DNA from: Pseudovirgaria hyperparasitica
Lineage: Eukaryota
Assembly: GCA_010093815.1 (NCBI GenBank)
Contig: ML996574.1
Strand: one strand, 5' to 3'
Length of the DNA stretch: 64,000 bases
In this document: piece after piece, positions 50,600 through 61,100 of the stretch
Position numbering within the stretch: position 1 is the stretch's first letter
Layout of the letters: every line of letters begins with the position of its first letter
Position numbers and translations under genes: made by a program
The notes under the pieces: model-generated
Database searches by the model: none
Seen by the model: the letters and a program-made list of their open reading frames with translations, nothing else
What the model was told of the DNA's origin: nothing

Positions 50600-53500
50600 G
50601 TCACGAGTTTAATTCCGTAGTAGGGTACCTTTTTGGTTTCTTAGTCCTATGTTCTTCTCGTGTATAATGGTCTATATTGGTCTATTCTAGACTTCTCTAT
50701 GTTATTCTATTATAATGTATCGCGTCGCGTGCCTATAACGGTTGTTTACGTTTTCTTCGCGTTTAGTAACCGTGTATCGCTTGAATTATAGGGCTGCCTT
50801 ATAGAGTTTTCCTAGTGTGCGTTTAGGATTCGTGATTTAATACTTCGTTCTCTACGGTATCCTTCTTCTTTTTATAACGACCGTAACGTCGCTATACTTA
50901 CATTAATAATGCGCTATTCTATATCTTTTACTTATACGCAGCTATTATAGAACTTAAGATGTATACTACTGGTTCCTAGGTGTTCTCGTCCTTAGTGTAG
51001 TCCTTCTAACGGATTCTATATTTCTAAATACCGTCTTTATTAATCCCATGTTCGATAATATGGTCTACTTCGAACACGTCTAGTCTATCTTAGGGTATAA
51101 TAGAGTGTAACTACACGTTCGTGCGGCTATACATGTTAGGTCGAAATCTTTCGAGTAGTAAGACGTGGAATACGTTATGGATTCTTATATCGCTTTCTAA
51201 GTTAAGCTCGTAGACTCTTATACCGATACGACGTTTAATTCGGAAGGGACTAGCCATTTTATAATCGAGCTTCTTATTTACTCGCGACGTTCATATATTA
51301 CGGATATTAAGAAGGACCTTGTCGCCCTCCTCGTACGTCTAATCCTTAGCTAACCTATTATAGTACTTCGTATACGAGTTATTTACTTATTAGATTATAG
51401 CGCGATAGTTATATACGGTTTCGAAGATTTTAATCGCTAATTTCTAAGCGTGGACGTTCACGTCTATTATTTGATTAAATTAGACCGTCTAAGGCTTAAA
51501 ACCTATTCTTAGACTGCGTCCGAGGTTCGCCTAGAAAGGTATAATATCTATTATACTATAACGACTATTATTATATACGAACTCTACTATACTTAGTAGG
51601 GAGGCCTAGTTATCCTACTTAAAATTATAGAATGCGCGTAGGTAGGCCTCGAGCGTCTGGTTCTATCGCTCTATCTAGCTATCCGTCTAAGGATAAAATG
51701 CTATAGACATGTTTCTATTCATGCTTGCCATTTCGTAGAATAACGTCTAGAATTTAGACGTGAAGGTACTTCCTCGGTCCGTAACGATCCTTTTTAGTAT
51801 ACTATGGACCTTAATAATCTCGTTCTAGAATACCTGCGCTAGTTCTTTAGATGTAATTGTCTTCTATACTAGGATATACCTAGATATCTTTATGAGTCTG
51901 TCTATGATAATAAGAATAGAATTATAACTTATTCTAAGCATCTCGCTTAGAGGCAAGTTAACTATAAAGTCTATAGTAACGTCTTCCTACATAAAGAGGG
52001 GGGCTAAAAGAGGCTATAAATTCCTATATAGCTTATGCCTAGGGGCCTTCGTTCTTTAATAAATCGGATAAGTAGCTATCTATTCTTTAACGTACTTAGG
52101 TATATCTTCCTAAAAATAGTACTAATGAATTAAGCTTAGGGTACGTATATATCTAAAGTATCCTACTAGGTTAGTGTTATAGTATTAGCTAACTACGTTA
52201 AATCGCGTGTTACCCGTTAGTATATAGTACTTTCTATTATAGTAAAGTAAGCCGTCTACGAAGGTCTACTTATAGTCTACTTTAGTCTATAATAACCCAT
52301 CTTACTATATTTTACGTAACTTTAAAACTATCGGGTCTATCTTCTATAGATCCACGATTAACTAGGCGAGGTTAATTAGATATTTACGCTGGGTATTATC
52401 GTCCTTCCCGACAGCGCTAATAAACGGCCTACTAGGGACTTCGGTACCGCGTCTTTGGTTACCGGCTTCGGTCTTAGAGATTTAATTACCGGTATCGACG
52501 TTAGTATCTTACTAATCGCCTAATAACTTAAAATCTAACCTTATCCTTAAGAGTTGGGTCTATAGCTACTCTAGGACCCTATAGCTACCATAATTCTAGG
52601 CGCCTTCTTTATAGTTAGGTCTTCTTAATATTCTATTAGCTAGGTTTATACTTCTAGGTTAATAGTAGATTATAAAGTAAAAGTTCGTAAGCTACTTAGC
52701 CTATTAGACCTATCGACGGTTTAAAACCGTCGTGCTTATAAACCCCTTTAAGTTATAGTAATTAGTTAGTAACTTAATGTTATACATGGTACCTTTAAGA
52801 TAATATCGCTACTATTTAAACGACTCTACTATTACTAGTAGCTCTTGGTTATAGATAGTATATCTAGTCTTAATATTAACTATTTTACGTGAGAAGAACG
52901 CAACTAGATACTATTAGACCTTTTTAGACTTAGTTAGTCTAGGCTAGGAGAGAATACCTAAGATTATAAATTCTAACGCGTCGGTTTTAACGCGGATAGG
53001 TTTAGTCGGGTCGAAGTACACTAGCAATGGGGTAGTTATAAATGTCTCTTTAATTTTCTCGAAGGATATTCTTTCAACCTTAGTTAATTTAATAGGTTAT
53101 AATTTAATATTATACTATTTCTATCTACTACGGACCGTAATAGACGAGTCGGTAGTAGTAGTACGCGCATTAAGTGGTGCGGCTAAACGGGAGAAGTACT
53201 TAACAAATTTTCGGTAGTAATTAGTAAATCTAATAAAGACATGTATATCTCGAACCGATTTTAGTTTAGGCTAGTCCACGATAGTAGCAACCCTATCTCT
53301 TTCTATAGTTATACCTTAATTAGTAATAACGAAGCCAAGGAAGTTAACGTGGTCCTAGTGGAACTCGCATTTAGATAGCTTAATATATAGCTTATATTTT
53401 TCTAGCCTATCTAGAACTACGCGTACGTGCTAGATGTATTCTTCTTCGTTATTAGAGAAGATAAGAATGTTATCGAGGTATACGATGCACGTCATATCGA

Positions 53501-55800
53501 GTAGACCTACTAGCGCGTTATTAATATACGCTTAGAAGGTTCCTAGCGCGTTAGTTAGTCTAAAAGGGACTACTATATACTCGAAGTATCTATAACGGGT
53601 CCTAAACGCCGTTTTCTACTTATCGCCCTTCTTAATATATAGGCGGTAGTAGGTATCGCGTAGATCGAGCTTAGTAAAGATCTTTACGCGCCCTAGTCTA
53701 TTAATAGACTCGGAGATAAGAGGTAGTGGGTAACGATTCTTTCGTGTAATATTATTTAGGCTATAGTAGTCGATATATAGACGGAGACTCCTATCCTTCT
53801 TCTTTATAAAGAGGATTAGAGCTCCGGCTAGGGATATACTAGGCCTAATCTATCCTTGCGTAAGGTTCTTTTCGATATATTCTTAGAGGACCTATAGCTC
53901 GGGTTCTAATAGAGGGTAGATGGGTCCGTGTAGGGGTTATTAACCGTCTTTAAGGTTAATAGTAAGGTCGGTAGGTTAGTATTAAGGTAATTTAGACGAG
54001 TTAATCGCTAACGCGACATGTTAGTATATTTTATACTAATATAGTAGGTTTTCGTCTACTTTAATACTAAGCTCTCTATTTTAAGTAAGTAAGAGGACGT
54101 AGATAGCGGAGATTGCCTTTTCGTAGTCCTTCTAGAATTATTCGTCGTTGACTAGCTATACTAGGTTCTATTATAGTGGGTACATGCGCCAGCCAGCTAT
54201 TTTCTAGATAAAGTCTAGTTTCGGGTTATGTTTTTCGAGCTATAGTATACCGAGAATCATATCGAAGGGACTATCTACCACGATAAAGGTTAAGTAGTAG
54301 GGTTTCCACTTCCCCCCGCTATCCTAGATGCCGTATTTAATAGTATAGGTACCCTACGATTTAATGGGACCATCGATACCATAGAAGGTGGCACCTATTA
54401 GTACTTAAATATCGACGTTAAGTTCTCGTGCTTATTAAGTCGATATAATGTTAGTGGCTAAACCGCTATCGAGCATTACGGTCTAATATTATCCACGAGA
54501 GACCTCGATGGGCCTAGCCTATAGTTCGATGTACTAGTTGGCTAGTTATCCCTCTATTTTAGTTGCGTCTATAAGTCGCGAGGGTTTCTTATAGGCTATT
54601 AGTTTTTTATGTTCTATGCTAGGTAGTTAGGCGCGATGTGTCCTAGCTACTAGCACTTATAGTATATAACTAGTTAGTTAGTTATATTAGCACTTAGTGG
54701 CTTCCCCGAACGGCACTTAGGTACTATATAGCCTATTCTACTATAGGTATAGTAAGTAACTTTAGGTTATTTATGCGAGTCGGTCCTCGTATCTTAATAT
54801 ATCGATTAGTAGGGAGATCCACGATACGATCCGCGTGGTTTTAAATTCGAGACGTAGTAGTAGCCTTATAACGTCCCACGAGATCTATTACTAAATCGGT
54901 TTTAGTTAGATAATTTTACGTTAGATTAGATTATTAGGGATAGTCGTACACTAGCGCGGCGTTAATTATTCATTATACGCTAGTATCGCTCTACGAGGTT
55001 TATAAGAGCTTAGAGGTCTATAGAGATTATCGTTATAAGGTCGAGACGGTCCTTTATATTTAGGGCGAGGGACCGTTTAAAGTCATCGTACTATCGAATT
55101 ATATAATCTTCTTCGGCTTCTCTCTAGAGGGGCCGAAGGTATTTAAGAAGTTATAACGGTAACTAATTATCTCGTTGTCGAGTCTTAAAGATATGGCCCT
55201 AGGCCTAGTCGCGTCGTTTAGCCCTATCGCTAAAATATTAGAGGAGAAATTCGGTGAACGTATCCTAGTTATAGGCATCCTTAGGATGTTCGATTCGGTA
55301 TACTATCTAACGTTCTAAAGGCGTCGGGTCGAGGTAGTTCTAGGCGAATCTAATTTTATCGCTATCGTTCGTGAATAGATAGAAGAATTAGCTATATTAG
55401 TAAGCCTATGCGTGGAAACTCTTTCTACTTTTACTATCGAAGTAAGGTAGTTTCTTAGATCGGGGTAATTAGGATAGTAGTAGACTAGAATAGATCGTTT
55501 TAGTTGGTATGGGTCCATATAAATATAGATTAGTCGTTACTAGAACTAAAGCGCGTAATACAGCTTTAAGTCTCGTAGTGCGTCCTTAAGCTTCGTCGAG
55601 TTCGCGTAGTTATTACTCGAGTTAAACCTATCGTTACCTCTCTTCGTGTAGTCTAGTATATACGTCGTTATAAGGTGTAGTTAACATTAGGCGATTCTAA
55701 CGGATTAACTCGTTAACGTTAATAAGGTCTAGCCTCATGTTAAGGTTAGGTCTAGTATGGTTTAAACTAGACTAAGATGGAGTATAATAGACTCTATCCT
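50600..55800 (-). pseudogene. gag-pol of Gypsy A2
   Basis: PR-RT-RH-IN-chromodomain motifs in Gypsy order with RIP stops; ends approximate. Confidence 0.88.
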
Positions 55801-56022
55801 CGTATTCTATAACATCTTCTATATTTATATAGAATATCGTGCGAGTTATCGGTGCGATAGTCTATAAGGTATAGTTATTGGTGGGGGTAGTTATAGGTAG
55901 ACTATTCTCCTTATTTAGGTTGGGAGAAGGTCTACCATAAGAGGCGGTGCCACGAGTGTTATGACGAGTAGTTAGAGCTATTTCTATAAACTACCATCGT
56001 GCTATATAAAGAGGAATTAAAA

Positions 56023-56263
56023 TATAAGGATTATAGACGTAGGATAGTAGTCTAATAGGTCATAGGAGGATTCGGGAATATATTTTAAAGGGTAGTCTAC
56101 TCTCCTAACGAGGTTGATTCCTAAAGAGTAGGAATTAAGTGTATGCGGTCTACTTATATAGTGGTCTCGCTTATTCTAGCTAACTTACCCTGGGTCCGTC
56201 CTGTCACGGACCGTACTAGACCATAGTATTATAGTTGAGTCTATTCTAGTGTTAGCCCTAATA
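56023..56263 (-). repeat. 5' LTR of Gypsy A2
   Basis: Direct repeat of 48252-48492, followed by TSD ATAGT. Confidence 0.95.
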
Positions 56264-58140
56264 ATAGTCTACTATCCTATCTAACTACCTTCCGGAGGGG
56301 AGGTTAGGGGTATTATAAAGGAAGGGCTCGTAGTAGGTATTATATTCTATAACTATCTTACGCCTCTCGCTTTTATCGTACGAATGTATTCTATAATCTA
56401 TTTACGTTTTATATACGTTAACGACTATAACGGGTATTTCCCGTTGTAGTTTAAATACTATACTATGTCCCTGTTTCTTAGTCCGTCTCCTCGCGGTTTA
56501 TAAGGGCACTTCTAGATAGCGTAGTCCCTACGGTACTATCCGTACTTAGTCTTCTATAAGTATCTTTATATAGTATATCTATACCCTTCATATTACCCAT
56601 GCTCTATCCTATGGCTCGGCCATAAGGAGCTCTCCTTCTATTAGGAATCCCTCCTATATAATATATTATATAAGGGCGGGGTCTCGGAGCTCTATAATTA
56701 TAGTAGAGTGTTTTTTCGCCGTCGTCTTAATCGTCTATAGGTTCTTCTACCACGCTTTCACGATCTTAATCCCTAGGTATTTTCGCGTGTTAGATTATTC
56801 TATACGCGTAATATTCTCCGCTCCGATAGCCTATCCCCGTACGGGTACTATATATACTATAATCGGGTATATAGCTACCCTAATAGACGCGCTAGGGAAG
56901 ATACTACCTATCGCGTTCGGATCTCGCGAGATGTTTTACTACGTAGTATTCGTTATAGTAGTAAGTACTACCCTACCTAGCGTAACTTTAGTAGCCACGA
57001 CGCTTAACTATATTCCTTTCTATTTATTAATCTTATTTATAATTTCCTTTAGGGATGCCTATTAGACCTATGCCAGCGTGTCCTTATCCTAGATTATAAT
57101 ACGTATACTATATACTCTATCTATAGTCCTAGTAGTCCTTAGTGCGGTAGCTCCGGGTATTACTATAATCTAAGCCTACGTGTTAGGGCGCTTACCTTAG
57201 GATAGCTCTTTCTAGATTCTCCATAGACTAGCTTCTATTTGGTTAAGCCTACTACTAGGTTCCTCTTATGGCGACTTCCTTTCTTCCTCTATAATTCCTC
57301 TTAGGTTCTAGATAAGGTCCCGGAATATATAAAGAAGGGTCTTCTTTCCCTCCTTAGCGTCCCTCTCTATATATATTACCTAGTATTTAATTTTATCTAG
57401 AAGGGTCTCCCCTCTCGGGGTCCCCTCGGTCTAGGTTATCTATAGCGCTTCGTACCCTTAGTTAGTTCCTATATTTTAGATAGGTGTCTAGCTATCTATA
57501 TTAATGTCGCTATATGGCCGTTTCTACTATACTAGTGGGGGTATATCCGGCGTATACCGGGGTATTACGATACCTAAGGCCGCTATGGTTATTAGTTAAG
57601 GGCAGCCCTTAACTAATAAAAGGGGGTCGGCGTGTTAGCGTTTATTAGATATAGTCTATACTCGTGTTATCGAAGAGTCTTCGAGCGTATATATATAGTG
57701 TCTCTATACGTCGGTATCGTCGCGTATTATATACTATACGTACGCACGTGTGTTGGAGGTTATTATACTCGGTATACTCTATCGTTTAATGTATGTAAAT
57801 CGCTATTTTACCCTAAATTGACTAGTTTGGTCCGTTAGGGTGTGAGAAGTTTTTTTATTATATTTCTTATAGAATATATAAAGGTAGGTCTTAAGCGTTT
57901 AGTTCTATCACTCTATCTAACTATCTATTTATAGATAGAATACTATTAATATATTTCTATTTATACCGGCCATTTCGTAGAATAACGTCTAGAATTTAGA
58001 TATGAATATACTCCCTCGGTCCGTAACGATCCTTTTTAGTATACTATAGACCTTAATAATCTTATTCTAGAATACCTATGCTAGTTCTTTTAATATAATT
58101 ATCTTCTATATAGGGACGTACCTAGATATCTTTATAAGTC

Positions 58141-61100
58141 TATCACGGAAAGTGACAAGGAGACGAATAACGGTAAGAACTACGGACTGAAGGTCCGATA
58201 TAGATAGCCGTAGATTCTATGAAGTAGCTAGTAATTAATTTAATACTTAACCAAGACTTAACATCTCTGTCCTTAACATCTTGGTAGCTAAAAGTATACC
58301 ACCAGCTAATCATTTTCGAAAGAAAGATAGTACTAGTCGAATATAAGACACTAACGCCCCGACGTACTAGTTCTCCGAAGCCAAATTAAAAGACGTTAAT
58401 ATCCCGACTTAGTAAACGAAAGACGCTTCCGTAAAATTTAGTAAAAGAAGTTCATGAAAACGGTAAGATAATTAGTAAGAATAAGAGAATACTAGGCACT
58501 AGGTAACGTTCGTTACCGTTACCATCATTAAGACTCGTAAGAGTATTAAATTATAAAAGGAGTCCTAAGGAAGGAGCCACGGGAACGGTAAACAAAGGAT
58601 TTGCCACTAGAGGAAAACAGGAATGAGTATCCGCTTTGAAGGCCTTACCTTATTCTAACCATACTAATTTCCGTAAGACTTATTCTAGAGTATTATAGAA
58701 ACGTAGTATAAGTACTAGTGTTTCTAAACGAGTCGTGCATTAAAAGGATCGAGCTCCCTACGATTCCCTAGTTCCCGTTAAGTAAGGAACACGATACTAT
58801 ACCACGACCGGTCACACTTAGTGCTAGTCGAACCCTACTTTATAGGAATAGGTTAGTACTAATTAGACGAGACGATTAGTACACGAAGCCTCGGTTTCCG
58901 CGAGCTACTAAGGTTAGAGTAGGTTCCTACTAAACATTCCTAATTATCTAAGTATACTAGAGAAGCTCACGTCCGCGCCTCCTGCGGCCGACATTCTTAG
59001 TATACTTAGGAACACATAAGATATACTAGCTCCCTTACTGGTATTATAGAAGGAACCGATTCCTAAGCTATTAGAGTAAGTTATTAAAATAGCTTATTAA
59101 CTTATTTATTACTTTAAAGATAGCCTACTACATGAATTAAACCCCTATACCCTTATCTTACTTCGAGGTATTACCCACGTATACCTAGAAGTCTTAAGAA
59201 ATCGAAATTGTTTACGGTCTAGGGGTAAATAGCCTTAGAAAGATAGATATTCTCCTAACTAGAACTATCTCGTGAATAAGGATTACGGAATACGTCTAGC
59301 GACTACCGAAGCTATAAAGGTCGAAAGGCTAGCGGTAAATTTCCGTTAATCTAAATATTTCAGTAACTTTAGAAACTTCGTATAGCTAAGAGAAGTAAAT
59401 TTACCTTCCTCGTCCCCTCTATCATTAATTGAAGTTCCTACCGCGCTAAAGAAAAGGCCCGTAAGACTATAAGACTTCGAGTTTCACGACGAAACCGTGA
59501 GACTAGAGAACTCCAATTCTCGCGAGACGATAATCTCTAATCCTTACGAGGCGATTATAGTACTAGAGAATCCTTATTAGAGAGGAAGCTCGAGCTAAGG
59601 CGTAGAGAGAAGCGGAGAGCAAGTCGGAACGCCTTAAAGCCTCGAGCCTCCAATCCCGGCTCTAATTCCAGTTCCTATTATGGCTTAGTAAGCCTAGCCT
59701 AATCTGCTAAGCGTAGAAATGATCGCGTAAATTACGATGATAGTTTTAGCGGTACTTAATAATCGTGAGAGGGTAAATCCTCTAGTAGAATAAAGTAGAG
59801 CTAGCTAAGTCGCGCCCTCTTAGGAAAGGCCTTAGGGAAGAAATAAAGAAGAACTTTCTAGAGACCGTCCGTCTAGAAACGACTACCATAGGTAAGCTTA
59901 GCCTATAGTAAGAGTTTTAAGGAACGATAATAATCTAAGTAAAGGCTTAGACGACGATCTATAGGGAGACGACGATAGAGCTCGGGGTTACCGTTATAGA
60001 TTATATATGCCCCTATATCGTCGCCGGTGAACTACGGAAACTAGAGACTATAAAGATAACGATAGCTTAAATCTAAGAGACACGAAGTTTAGAATAGAGG
60101 ATATTAGATTCTTCGATCCGAGTATAGATCCTTCAAGAATAGAAGATGTTTATAATAAGAATAGAAAGGTCTATTATAGATCCGTTCAGCCGTTTATCGA
60201 CGTAATAAGGAACTATTAGTAGACATGCCCTGCGAAAATCATTCATTACAATCTCTATAAGTGTCTTAGAGGCACGGCGTAAATTTGGTATAGCTCTTAA
60301 TTAAGCGACGCTATAAAGTTAAGTCTTACTAGCGGAGATGGACTTAAGCGCTAGGTTAAGAAACTCGAAAAGAGATTCTCTATACCTCTAAGTGCCGCCT
60401 TAAAGAGACTCTAAGGCATATTATATGGCCCCGAGAACTTATATGGAGGCTAGAGCACGACTAACTATGTTATAAAAGTACTTAGGGCTTATAAAGAGGC
60501 AAATTTGAAATCTAAAGTACTTATTATAGTATAGGCCTAGAATAAGCTCGACCTAAGATTTAGGGTAAGCATAGAGGAACCCGGATCTAATACTAATCTA
60601 GATACCTTTTATAAACAGCTCGAATAGAAGTCATAGACCTAGCGTGAACTCTATAAGTAGAGTAAGTTTAACTATTCCCATTCTAGTAAAGCGTTATAAG
60701 ACTAGTATCCGTCGAACTACTATCCTCGTAAAGAAAAAGAAGTCGGAAATAACTACTTTCAAGGGAACCGCGGGACGCGATATAGTAGTAGCGGCGGACG
60801 AGAGGACCGCCCTAATAAGTTTCAGATAATAAAAGAAAGTAAGAAAGTAATCTAAGTCGTATCTTCTTAGATAAACGAGTAAAGGTCTAGTAAAGACCGC
60901 GGTTAAAACTAGTATTAAGGTAGAGACCGTCGCCTATATAAAGTAGACCGTCGCCTATATAAAGGGAATAGTAAGTATTAGCTAAAGAGTTTTAAAAAGA
61001 CCACGATAACTTCTATACAAGTTAAGAGGCAACCTTATATAAAGCCGTAACGCGCCTATTATAATACTATCCTAGTAGAGTTTCTCGATTAAGAAGGATC

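Larger units (their letters stand above)
48252..56263 (-). mobile_element. Ty3/Gypsy chromovirus, family A copy 2, full length (~8.0 kb), RIP-degraded
   Basis: 241-bp LTRs at 48252-48492 and 56023-56263; TSD ATAGT (48247-48251 / 56264-56268). Minus strand has protease MLDSG, RT CIVYLD(D)ILIFS (~53470), RNase H TDA(S), integrase IVTDRGSTFTSKF(W) and chromodomain KYRIR(W)KDY..DENT(W)EP (~50950-51080). Confidence 0.95.
44571..57866 (-). mobile_element. Tad1-like non-LTR retrotransposon (LINE), ~5.3 kb, interrupted by Gypsy A2
   Basis: 14-bp TSD TTATAGAATATATA (44557-44570 / 57867-57880) and an (AAT)n tail at 44570-44590. ORF2 (~44810-48130) has APE endonuclease (ILAI(Q)EP, LGDFNL(HH), TL(D)LTF, SDH), RT (GI(PQ)GS.ISPILFLFF, GYAD(D)) and a C-terminal CCHC; no RNase H recognised. 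ORF1 at ~56270-57586. Confidence 0.92.
33334..58140 (-). mobile_element. Ty3/Gypsy chromovirus, family A copy 1 (3' portion; interrupted by B, the LINE and D)
   Basis: 3' LTR 33334-33573 followed by the PPT complement. Segments 33334-36147, 43987-44570 and 57867-58140 are collinear with copy A2 (48252-~51898) and carry the chromodomain and integrase. The remainder is predicted to lie beyond the window. Confidence 0.88.

Noticed and set aside
39940..57838. Short ORF-track ORFs within the TE block (39940, 43261, 49081, 49458, 56787, 57632)
   Set aside because: Shadow or alternative frames of RIP-degraded TE genes with I/L/Y/S-biased composition. ORFs 55315, 61645, 48980 and 34571 are instead fragments of TE genes already listed.
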